A stretch of 63,903 bases of DNA, counting the filler. It is 9 parts of 9 records of this genome, joined end to end, with 100 filler letters (N's around TTAATTAATTAA, not from the genome) between each part and the next. Parts side by side here need not be neighbours in the genome. Positions count along the whole stretch, not along the records: positions 28,358 to 40,182 come from SRR20825010_1858; positions 40,283 to 46,423 come from SRR20825010_1864; 7 more parts are not named here. The stretch is one strand, 5' to 3'. Under the pieces are notes generated by a model that saw only the letters and a program-made list of their open reading frames with translations, was not told where the DNA came from and searched no databases. The position numbers were made by a program, and so were the translations under genes. Of this stretch, positions 31,973 to 40,284 are shown piece after piece. The stretch's first letter is position 1. Every line of letters starts with the position of its first letter.

Positions 31973-32594
31973 GGTGTTGTTGGCAGATGACCATGCATTG
32001 CTTCGGGGCAGCCTGAAGCAATTGCTTGAAGACACGAATTTTGTGCAGGTGGTAGCCCAAGCCGGGGAATATTCCGAAATCATGAAAGCCATGGGTGCAC
32101 ACGATGTTGACCTGGCAATCCTGGACATTTCCATGCCGGGCAAAAATGGCGTGGACATTGTCAAAATTCTGAAAGACAAATACCCTGCCCTGAAAATCCT
32201 GATGTTGTCCATGCACCCGGAAGACCAGTATGCCGTGCGCTGCCTGAAAGCAGGCGCGTCGGGTTACCTGACGAAAAATACCGCCCCGGAAAAGCTGGTG
32301 GATGCCATACAAGTGATAGCTGCCGGGCGTAAATACATTACACCTGAGTTGGCTGAATCGCTGGCGAGCCACTTGACTGAAGATTCCGAAAAGCCCTTGC
32401 ACGCTTCGCTCAGTGACCGTGAATTTCAAACCATTCGCATGATTGCCGCTGGCAAGAAACTAAGCGAAATTGCCGATGAATTGTCTCTAAGCCCGAAAAC
32501 CGTCAGTGTTTACCGGGCACGCATTCTTGAAAAAATGCGCATGAAAACCAATGGTGAACTGACGCGGTATGCGTTGGAGAATGGGCTGATCTGA
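31965..32594 (+). CDS. NarL/UvrY-family response regulator
   Basis: LADDH, LDISMPG, LSDRE, LSPKTVSVYRARILEK. Confidence 0.92.
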   Translation: MIKVLLADDHALLRGSLKQLLEDTNFVQVVAQAGEYSEIMKAMGAHDVDLAILDISMPGKNGVDIVKILKDKYPALKILMLSMHPEDQYAVRCLKAGASGYLTKNTAPEKLVDAIQVIAAGRKYITPELAESLASHLTEDSEKPLHASLSDREFQTIRMIAAGKKLSEIADELSLSPKTVSVYRARILEKMRMKTNGELTRYALENGLI

Positions 32595-32599
32595 TTTCG

Positions 32600-32841
32600 T
32601 GCGCGGGTGTTGATGTTGGGTCAACTCGTCATGGGTTACTTGCTTCCGCACTGAAAACCGCTTGATCCCTTATTGAACGAAGGCTTTGCATTCACCCAAG
32701 CCCGACAACACTGATGGTCGGGCCTTGGGTGTCGCCTTGCGGCGAACATTAAAGCCTTGTTCAAGTGGGGCGGTTTTCTTGATGTGCGGAACAAGCAAAC
32801 CCACTACCGAGTTGACTGACAACCGGCATCGACGACGCGCA
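32600..32841 (-). repeat. Structured non-coding element, copy A (long stem + three-way junction)
   Basis: Nested inverted repeats GTCAACTCG/CGAGTTGAC, TTCCGCAC/GTGCGGAA, GAAAACCGC/GCGGTTTTC, TTGAAC/GTTCAA, AAGGCTTT/AAAGCCTT plus two terminal hairpins; homologous to copy B in opposite orientation; strand inferred. Confidence 0.8.
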
Positions 32842-32882
32842 GCAGCATCTCAATCCAACGATTTGTGTGACCCAATACGCCA

Positions 32883-33182
32883 TTGAATCGTCCCGCATTT
32901 CTACTCAAATTCAAACTAAACATTAATGATCCTTCAGAACCTGAATTTGCGGAACTTGAATTTACAAGAGGATGCATGCTGTTGCTTGAAGAAGCATTGA
33001 GCCATAACGCAGTCATGCGGATGAACGCGCAAATTTTAACTTTAAAACCTTTCTCAACTGAAATTCCGTATGGCTCCGTTTCACTGACGAAAGAGCCATT
33101 TAGCGGTGGAATAGCTGGAGGGTATTCGTTGATATTTAAAGTTAGCCGTGGGGCACAGGGAGACCAAGTTGAAATTAAATGA
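32883..33182 (+). CDS. AT-rich orphan ORF between the two structured elements
   Basis: 99 codons, TTG start, no clear RBS, no recognised motif. Confidence 0.35.
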   Translation: MNRPAFLLKFKLNINDPSEPEFAELEFTRGCMLLLEEALSHNAVMRMNAQILTLKPFSTEIPYGSVSLTKEPFSGGIAGGYSLIFKVSRGAQGDQVEIK

Positions 33183-33242
33183 GGCCGGTGCTTGCTTACA
33201 CGGCTCGGCCATCGCACCCACGATGGGCAGAAAGCAGCCGAA

Positions 33243-33450
33243 GTTCAGCCAACTCGGCAGTGGGTTTGCTTGCTTCCGCACTTCAAGAAAACCGCCCCGC
33301 TTGGGTTTATTCGCAGCGTTCGGCGTCAAGCCGACACTGAATCAGGCCATCTGTTTTGCCTGATTCGGTGAGCAAGAATAAATTCAAAAAGGGATACAGC
33401 GGTTTTCAGTGCGGAAGCAAGCAAACCCACGACGAGGTGGCATTGAAGCT
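33243..33450 (+). repeat. Structured non-coding element, copy B
   Basis: Perfect 23-bp inverted repeat 33260-33282/33408-33430, GAAAACCGC/GCGGTTTTC, TTGGGTTTATTC/GAATAAATTCAA, hairpins TCGGC-GTCAA-GCCGA and CACTGAATCAGGC-loop-GCCTGATTCGGTG. Confidence 0.8.
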
Positions 33451-33474
33451 ACAGCCCAATAAGGTCTAAACGAC

Positions 33475-34452
33475 TTAGCCGATGAAGTTAAACAGCGTTA
33501 ATTGTGAAACGCTGGCAAAGCTTTGCTGCGCGGCCTGAAGCTGCAACTGCCCTTGTGACAGCTCGCTGATGGCCTTGGCATAGTCCAGCCCCACCGCCTC
33601 GCCAGCAACGCGCTCCAGCTCCAGTTGGGCAGCCTGGTTGATTTGCTGCAGTGTTTCTACTTCACGCAAGCGCACACCTGCTTTGGTTCGCGAAATTTGC
33701 ACCTGGTCAAAAATATCGTCCAGCTGTGCGCCCTTGTCGTTGAAGGCTTTCAGGTATGTGTCTTGTGCTGTGGCACCCTCTTGCCCGTTGGGGTAAGCGG
33801 GGTTGCGCAGCAAGGCCACCGCATCGCGCAAAATGGCGAATGCATCTTCGTTGGTGTTGGGGTCTACAAATGCGTTCTGGCCGGTGATGTTCAGGTTTAC
33901 AAAACGACCACTGGCCACTTGGATTTCACGACCAATCACGGCTTCGCCAGCCGCGGCTGTGGTGGTTTCCAGAAATGTGCCGGTTATGCCCGGGCCCGGT
34001 GTTTGAAAGGGTTCACGATCCTGAAATGTTCCGGAAAACATGAAGTAGCCGTTTGCATCGGTGCGGTTGGCAATGCCCCGCAACTCTTCCATTCTACCTT
34101 CGATGTCTTGCGCAATAATTTCGCGGTCAGCGGGGCTCAAGGTGGCATTTCCTGCCTGCAAAAAGGCTTCCTTGATGGACACCATGATGTCGGAAGCGGA
34201 TTGCAAGGCCACATCCATTTGACCCAGCTGGTTGTTCACGTAGGTGATATTGCTTTGATAACTGTCGATTGTCTTTACACCGGCTTTGGCACCCAAAGCC
34301 ACTGACATGGCCAAAGGGTCGTCCGAAGGCTTCAGCACCCGAAGGCCGGTCGCCAACTGCCCCTGGATTTTGACCAGTTCAGTTTGCTGTTTGCTCATGC
34401 GGTCAGTGCTGAGCTTGAAATACTGGTTGGTGCTGATTCTGCCGATTGCCAT
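33475..34452 (-). CDS. flgL: Flagellar hook-associated protein 3
   Basis: RIST, QLATGLRVLKPSDDP, LDYAKAISEL, LTLFNFI. Confidence 0.93.
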   Translation of the reverse strand: MAIGRISTNQYFKLSTDRMSKQQTELVKIQGQLATGLRVLKPSDDPLAMSVALGAKAGVKTIDSYQSNITYVNNQLGQMDVALQSASDIMVSIKEAFLQAGNATLSPADREIIAQDIEGRMEELRGIANRTDANGYFMFSGTFQDREPFQTPGPGITGTFLETTTAAAGEAVIGREIQVASGRFVNLNITGQNAFVDPNTNEDAFAILRDAVALLRNPAYPNGQEGATAQDTYLKAFNDKGAQLDDIFDQVQISRTKAGVRLREVETLQQINQAAQLELERVAGEAVGLDYAKAISELSQGQLQLQAAQQSFASVSQLTLFNFIG

Positions 34453-34472
34453 AATTTTTCCTTGAAACCTGC

Positions 34473-36206
34473 TCAGAACATGCTGAGGATTTGGTCAAAC
34501 AATTCTTTGGACAGTGAAATGACTCGCCCGGAGGCCTGGTAAGCCTGCTGAAACTTGATCAGGTTGGCGGCCTCTTCATCCATGTTCACGCCCTGCAATG
34601 CATCGCGTGAGTCGGCAATCTGATTCAACACAGTTTCGCGCGATTCAGCAGCCAGATTGAATTCACGGGTTTTATTGCCCACCCGGCTGACCAGTTGATT
34701 GAAGCCATCCGAAATGGAAACACCTGCCGAGTTGTTGGACTGTGACAAGGTACGCGCGGTTTGCAGCGCCGCCACTTTCAGAATATTTTCGTTGTTGCCA
34801 ATGCTGGGGTTAACAGCGGAAGACGCTGCCACTTCAGAAGGTCGATCAATTGCAGTGCGCATGTTCAAGGCCGCTTCACGCACTGGCATCAGGGTAAAGC
34901 GATCACCTTCCTGCGGTGCGGCATTGTCAAGCTGGAAGCTCAGCAACGGTGCGCCTGCCGGGTCACGAATTTCATAGTAATCACCGCCAGGGTCTGTTAC
35001 CAATGCCGCAGGAACAAACGGACCATCCGTACCCATTTCGCGATAACGGGGCTGGCTCCCCACAATTTGAACTTCGTATTCAGCGGCGCCAAGCTTGGAC
35101 AAATCAAGACCGCGCATGGTGATTTGCGTGGGGTTGGCTGTGCTGTTGTTGATATTGGGCACAACGCGGGAAATGTCGTCTACAAAATTGCCACTGCTGC
35201 CAAAACTGAACAGTGCATTGCCCGGGTTGTTGTCCAGGTCCACACCCGTGGTTTGAATGTCATTGACTGCCTGGCCAATTCGCGCAGCCAGCAAGCTGAT
35301 TGTGTTTTGGTATTCCGTCAGTTCATTTTCACGAAAACTCAGGAAACCCGACAGTGCGCCATTGCCCAGACTTTTCGAATCAAAGGCGAGAAGGCGATCC
35401 TGGCCGTTTACTTTGCTTGTCATTCCAACCAGCAGGTTTTGTGGATCTTGTGGATCGACCTGTGTTTGAACCGGAAATTGTGTGGTGCCTACAACCAACG
35501 ACTGACCATTGGCCAAAAACAGGTTGGTTGAGCCATCGGCTACATCCACGCGGGTAACCTGTACCTGTTCAGACAACTGCAAAATCAACTGATCTCGGCG
35601 ATCCAGCAAATCGTTGGGTGGTCCACCGTTCGATGTCTGGTTCAGCGCAGTCACAATTTGATTGTTCAATGCTGCAATTTGTGAAGTCGCGTTGTTCAGC
35701 TGCTCCACCGTGTCGCGCACTTTCAAGTTCGTGGCAGTGCGCAATTCATCCATCACCGTGTTCAGCCCGTTGAATCGGGTGGACAGTGTGTCGGCCGCCG
35801 ACAAATAGTTTTGCCGGGCGGCCAGGTCGGCCGGGTTGGTCGACAGCGTTTGTGCCGCACCAAAGAAGATGCTGAGCGCACTGGACAGTCCCGAAGCATC
35901 ATCGGCAACCATGGCGTCTACGCGTGCAATTTGCTGGGCCTTGGCACCGAAGAAGGCAGCATCGGAGGTGGCCTTTTGTTCCTGTGCATTAATAAAATCA
36001 GAATACACACGCTGAACGGACGCAATATCAACGCCTTGGCCAATGTAGCCAATGTCGCTGCCCGTGGATGGGCGCGACTGTTGAATCACCTGCTGCCGGT
36101 TAAAACCAACGGTGTTGCTGTTCGCAATGTTGTGCGATGTGGTGGATAGCCCAGACCGGGCCGCATTTAGGCCGCTGAGCGCAATTCCGTAGACCGAGTT
36201 CGACAT
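34473..36206 (-). CDS. flgK: Flagellar hook-associated protein 1
   Basis: SGLNAA...HNIANSNTVGFNRQ, NDLLDRRDQL, GVNMDEEAANLIKFQQAYQAS. Confidence 0.94.
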   Translation of the reverse strand: MSNSVYGIALSGLNAARSGLSTTSHNIANSNTVGFNRQQVIQQSRPSTGSDIGYIGQGVDIASVQRVYSDFINAQEQKATSDAAFFGAKAQQIARVDAMVADDASGLSSALSIFFGAAQTLSTNPADLAARQNYLSAADTLSTRFNGLNTVMDELRTATNLKVRDTVEQLNNATSQIAALNNQIVTALNQTSNGGPPNDLLDRRDQLILQLSEQVQVTRVDVADGSTNLFLANGQSLVVGTTQFPVQTQVDPQDPQNLLVGMTSKVNGQDRLLAFDSKSLGNGALSGFLSFRENELTEYQNTISLLAARIGQAVNDIQTTGVDLDNNPGNALFSFGSSGNFVDDISRVVPNINNSTANPTQITMRGLDLSKLGAAEYEVQIVGSQPRYREMGTDGPFVPAALVTDPGGDYYEIRDPAGAPLLSFQLDNAAPQEGDRFTLMPVREAALNMRTAIDRPSEVAASSAVNPSIGNNENILKVAALQTARTLSQSNNSAGVSISDGFNQLVSRVGNKTREFNLAAESRETVLNQIADSRDALQGVNMDEEAANLIKFQQAYQASGRVISLSKELFDQILSMF

Positions 36207-36236
36207 AATTCAGGATCCTTTGGTGTCTTGAACGAC

Positions 36237-36263
36237 TTAACGGTCGGTTTTCGGGAAAGTTGA
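36237..36263 (-). promoter_or_regulatory. Putative sigma-28 (FliA) promoter for flgKL
   Basis: Minus strand TCAACTTT-N11-ACCGTTAA versus consensus TAAAGTTT-N11-GCCGATAA, 30 nt upstream of flgK where enterobacteria have a class 3 promoter. Confidence 0.6.
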
Positions 36264-36650
36264 GGGAAAGTCTTTCTTGACCTGCGACGGTGAAAAAACG
36301 GTTTGCTCACCGCCCACGCCCGCACCAGCCTTCAACTGCCGAGCAATTTCACTGGCCAGGCCCAAACCTTTGCCAGACAGCTTTTGTACCAGTTCCTGGT
36401 CATACATGCCTTGGTAGGTTTTGGTACTGGAATCTGTGAACAAACCGCCTTCAGGCGTGGCATCGCGCATGCTTTTCAGGGCCATCTGCAAAAAGATGGA
36501 TTCGAACTGCACGGCCACTTTGTCCACCGCCGCATTGAATTCTTCACTGCCCCGTTCTGCCCTGGCACCACGTTTCAGCCCTTCCAGGCTGCGCGAATCC
36601 ATGGACAACATTTGTTGCATGTCTGCTGGCTTGTTGGACAATGGCGTCAT
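36237..36650 (-). CDS. flgJ: FlgJ rod-binding domain only (no muramidase domain)
   Basis: QFESIFLQMALKSMRDA, YQGMYDQEL, GLGLASEIARQL; 137 aa; lies between flgI and flgK. Confidence 0.88.
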   Translation of the reverse strand: MTPLSNKPADMQQMLSMDSRSLEGLKRGARAERGSEEFNAAVDKVAVQFESIFLQMALKSMRDATPEGGLFTDSSTKTYQGMYDQELVQKLSGKGLGLASEIARQLKAGAGVGGEQTVFSPSQVKKDFPSTFPKTDR

Positions 36651-37795
36651 CAGATCACCTCGAGTTCAGCTTTCAGGCTGCCTGCGGTTTGCATGGCCTG
36701 CAATATGGAAATCAGGTCGCTGGGGGTGGCGCCCAAGGCATTCAGGGCTTTGACCACATCCGACAACTGCGCAGCGCCCTTGATTTCGATCAGTTCACCA
36801 CCGGATTCAGAAATCTGGATGTCAGCCTGCTCGGTCACCACTGTTTCACCCTGACCAAAAGGTGCTGGCTGGGAAATAACAGGCGTGGAAGTAATTTTCA
36901 CGGTCAGGTTGCCGTGGGCCACAGCGCAGCTTTCCAGCATCACGGCCTGGTTCATGACAACAGAACCGGTGCGTGCATTCACGATCACCTTGGCACTGCC
37001 AATCGATTTGTTGATGCTCAATTCCTGAACCCGCGACAAAAAGGCCACACGATCATTCGGATTGGAAGGCGCGCGCACCTTGATGGTACGGCCATCCAGT
37101 GCTTGCGCCACATTCGGGCCCATGTTGTTGTTAATGGCTTCGGCCACGCGAATGGCATTGGAAAAATCGGTGGTGGTCAATTCAAGTTGCAGGGTTTCAC
37201 CCAGCAGGAATGGCGAGGCCACTTCACGCTCAACCAAGGCACCAGCCGGAATGCGACCTGCTGACAAATGGTTGATCACGGTTTTGGATCCACCGGCAGA
37301 AGCACCAGCGCCCCCCACAATCAATTGGCCTTGGGCCAAGGCATACACCTGGCCGTCTGCGCCTTTCAAGGGGGTCATCAACAACATGCCACCGCGCAGG
37401 CTTTTGGCATTGCCAATCGAAGACACGGTTACGTCGATAGCCTGGCCCGGCTGCGCAAATGCAGGCAGGTTGGCGGTTACCATGACCGAGGCCACGTTTT
37501 TCAATTGCAGGTTGGCACCCGGCGGCAAGGTAATGCCAGACTGCTGCAACATGGACACAATGCTTTGGCTGGTGAAGGGGGTTTGGGTTGTTTGGTCACC
37601 CGTGCCGTCCAGACCAATCACAATGCCGTAACCGTACACCGGGTTGGAGCGCACGCCCGACACGGTGACCAAATCGCGAATTCGGGTTTGCGCGTCGGCT
37701 GGCGAGGCAATCGCTGTGATCCCCACCACCACCAACGTCAGCGCGAGCGTTTTGAGCAATCTGTTTTTTAAGTCTGACAACAAGTTTTTCAACAT
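36650..37795 (-). CDS. flgI: Flagellar P-ring protein
   Basis: RIRDL, GYGIVIGLDGTGD, AKSLRGG, NARTGSVV; start uncertain. Confidence 0.95.
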   Translation of the reverse strand: MLKNLLSDLKNRLLKTLALTLVVVGITAIASPADAQTRIRDLVTVSGVRSNPVYGYGIVIGLDGTGDQTTQTPFTSQSIVSMLQQSGITLPPGANLQLKNVASVMVTANLPAFAQPGQAIDVTVSSIGNAKSLRGGMLLMTPLKGADGQVYALAQGQLIVGGAGASAGGSKTVINHLSAGRIPAGALVEREVASPFLLGETLQLELTTTDFSNAIRVAEAINNNMGPNVAQALDGRTIKVRAPSNPNDRVAFLSRVQELSINKSIGSAKVIVNARTGSVVMNQAVMLESCAVAHGNLTVKITSTPVISQPAPFGQGETVVTEQADIQISESGGELIEIKGAAQLSDVVKALNALGATPSDLISILQAMQTAGSLKAELEVI

Positions 37796-37807
37796 TGGAT
37801 ACGCTCT

Positions 37808-38497
37808 TTAAAATGGCAGTACGGTCAGGAAAAAGCGGCTCAACCAGCCCATGGCGGTTGCAGAATCCAGTGCGCCTTTCCCGCGGTATTCAATACGTGC
37901 ATCGGCCACTTTGGTGCTGGGCACCACGTTGCCGGGCAAAATCGTAATGGGGTTTACTACCCCGCTGAACTTCAGGTATTCCACATCGCGGTTGGTGCCA
38001 ATCTGCTTTTCACCCACCACTTGTAAATTGCCGTTGGGCAATACGCCAGACACCGTCACGGTAATGGTGCCGGTCAGGTTGTTGGCGGCTTTGCTTGAAC
38101 CTTGACCAGAAAAATCTTTCTCGCTGCTGGCACTGCCGCTGATCGCTTTCAAATCGCGACTGCCGAAAAAACCCTGGATCAGTGGCACGTCGATGCTGGC
38201 TGAGTCGCTGCGGGAGGCATTCATGGAATTGGTTTGGGCCGCGTTGATCTGCTCAAGAATTTGAATGGTCAAGGTGTCACCCAGAAAACGGGCACGCTGG
38301 TCCTCGAACAATGGGCGATAACTTGCAGGGCTGTACAGGCTGCCGGTGGGCGCTGCCATGGCCAGTTGGGCCGGCTGCGGAACAGGCTGCTGCACGGTGG
38401 TTTTTTCAGGCATGTCCACTTGCGGCGCGAAAGTTGAACAAGCGCCTAAAGTTATCGAGAACACTGCCGTTAAACCGATAAGAAACAATTTTTTCAT
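37808..38497 (-). CDS. flgH: Flagellar L-ring lipoprotein
   Basis: Lipobox LGAC, LFEDQRA, VLPNGNL, KVADARIEY, GWLSRFF; start at MKKLF. Confidence 0.94.
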   Translation of the reverse strand: MKKLFLIGLTAVFSITLGACSTFAPQVDMPEKTTVQQPVPQPAQLAMAAPTGSLYSPASYRPLFEDQRARFLGDTLTIQILEQINAAQTNSMNASRSDSASIDVPLIQGFFGSRDLKAISGSASSEKDFSGQGSSKAANNLTGTITVTVSGVLPNGNLQVVGEKQIGTNRDVEYLKFSGVVNPITILPGNVVPSTKVADARIEYRGKGALDSATAMGWLSRFFLTVLPF

Positions 38498-38545
38498 GCC
38501 ATACACTCCACCAGAACACACCCAGTGTGCCCAATGTTTTACAAA

Positions 38546-39328
38546 TCAAAGCTGAGATAAGCGCTGTAACATCTGGTCTGATGTCGTGATTGCCTTGGAA
38601 TTGATTTCATAGGCGCGCTGGGCCTGAATCAAGCCCACCAGTTCTTCCACCACGTTCACGTTCGATGTTTCCACGAAGCCCTGGGAAACGAAGCCAACAC
38701 CATTGGTGCCCGCCACCGCCTGTGTGGGCGCGCCTGAGGCGGCTGTCTCCTGATACAGGTTTTGACCCATGCTGAACAAACCAGCCGGGTTCACAAAGCT
38801 GGCCAACTGGATTTGACCCAGTTCCTGTGGTTGAACCTGACCCTGCACCACGGCGGATACAACACCGTCTTGAGAAATCGAAATGTCTTGCACACCTTGA
38901 GGAATGGTGACCGGCCCAAGTACGGGATATCCGTTCGATGTGACCAGCGTGCCGTTGGCGTCAATCTGAATGCTGCCGTCGCGGGTGTAGCTGGTGGTGC
39001 CATCGGGCATTTGAACCTGAAAAAAACCCTGGCCGTTGATGGCCACATCCAGCGTGTTGCCGGTTTGCTGCAAATTGCCTTGCGAAAAATTGCGCACGGT
39101 AGACACTGGTTTTACACCAGTACCAATTTGCAGGCCTGAAGGGACCTGGGTTTGTTCGGTAGTTTGGGCGCCGGGCTGGCGAAGGGTTTGATACAACAAA
39201 TCCTCGAACACCGCGCGCGAACGCTTAAAGCCGTTGGTGGCTGTGTTGGCCAGGTTGTTGGAAATAACATCCAGCTGGGTTTGCTGGGCATCCAGGCCTG
39301 TTTTTGCAATCCACAAAGAACGCATCAT
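38546..39328 (-). CDS. flgG: Flagellar distal rod protein
   Basis: [43 protein letters not shown]. Confidence 0.96.
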   Translation of the reverse strand: MMRSLWIAKTGLDAQQTQLDVISNNLANTATNGFKRSRAVFEDLLYQTLRQPGAQTTEQTQVPSGLQIGTGVKPVSTVRNFSQGNLQQTGNTLDVAINGQGFFQVQMPDGTTSYTRDGSIQIDANGTLVTSNGYPVLGPVTIPQGVQDISISQDGVVSAVVQGQVQPQELGQIQLASFVNPAGLFSMGQNLYQETAASGAPTQAVAGTNGVGFVSQGFVETSNVNVVEELVGLIQAQRAYEINSKAITTSDQMLQRLSQL

Positions 39329-39341
39329 GGCGGGTTTCTCC

Positions 39342-40079
39342 TTAATTCATGCCAAACAGGCTGTTGGCAGCCTGGCCGTTTTCCTTGGCCGTGCTGATCA
39401 TTTTCATTTGGGTTTCATACTGGCGGGCAGCGGTGATCATTTGCACCATCATGTCCACCGCATTCACGTTGCTGGATTCAATAAATCCACCAGCAACTCG
39501 TACATTCAAATCTGCATCGGCCGGGTCGCCATTGGCTGCGCGAAACAAGCCGTCGTCACCCCGGTTGATTTCACCTTCGGGAATGTTCACCAATTTCAGG
39601 CGGCCCAGTTGAACCACATTGGTGTCGCCACTCAGGGGAATGGCAGACACAGATCCATCGCCTTCAAAAGACAAGCGATGATCGGGCGGCACATTGATTG
39701 GGCCATTGGTACCAATCACTGAATAGCCTTCCTGGGTTACCAGGTTGCCCGTGCCATCCAGTTGAAAAGAACCGTTGCGGGTGTAGGCTTCGTTGCCCTT
39801 GGCATCGTTGACTGCAAACCAGCCTTCGCCCTGAATGGCCACATCCATTTCCCGGCCTGTGGACTGGATTTGCCCTGGCGTGGTGTCGAAGCCTACGCTG
39901 GTTTCCACCGCGAAGCTTCTCGAACCACTGCCCTCGCCAGTTACGGGCGCGCTTTGAAACGCCATGAGCTGTTGCCGAAACCCGGGCGTGTTCACGTTGG
40001 CCAGGTTGTTGGCAATGTTCTCTTGGCGAGACATCGTGCCTTTGGCGGCTTGGGCGGCCAGGAAAATCAGTTTGTCCAT
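39342..40079 (-). CDS. flgF: Flagellar proximal rod protein
   Basis: [32 protein letters not shown]. Confidence 0.94.
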   Translation of the reverse strand: MDKLIFLAAQAAKGTMSRQENIANNLANVNTPGFRQQLMAFQSAPVTGEGSGSRSFAVETSVGFDTTPGQIQSTGREMDVAIQGEGWFAVNDAKGNEAYTRNGSFQLDGTGNLVTQEGYSVIGTNGPINVPPDHRLSFEGDGSVSAIPLSGDTNVVQLGRLKLVNIPEGEINRGDDGLFRAANGDPADADLNVRVAGGFIESSNVNAVDMMVQMITAARQYETQMKMISTAKENGQAANSLFGMN

Positions 40080-40090
40080 ATCAATTCACA

Positions 40091-40182
40091 TTAACGAAGG
40101 TTGGTAATGGTCTGGAAAATCGAATCTTGTGTTTTGATGGTTTGCGAGTTGGCCTGATAAACGCGCTGTGCGGAAATCATGG
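40091..40182 (-). CDS. flgE: Flagellar hook protein, C-terminal fragment
   Basis: Manual translation MISAQRVYQANSQTIKTQDSIFQTITNLR*. Confidence 0.9.
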
Positions 40183-40282
40183 NNNNNNNNNNNNNNNNNN
40201 NNNNNNNNNNNNNNNNNNNNNNNNNNTTAATTAATTAANNNNNNNNNNNNNNNNNNNNNNNNNNNNNNNNNNNNNNNNNNNN
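40183..40282. other. Artificial contig spacer
   Basis: N-run + TTAATTAATTAA + N-run. Confidence 0.99.
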
Positions 40283-40284
40283 AC

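Noticed and set aside
32804-33217. 137-aa minus-strand ORF in the inter-element spacer
   Set aside because: Runs into structured copy A, is Ser-rich and has no RBS; less plausible than the plus-strand ORF.
32600-33450. Structured elements as simple terminators or integron attC sites
   Set aside because: Far longer than terminators and lacking U-tracts; longer than typical attC, branched, inverted rather than direct, and no integrase is visible.
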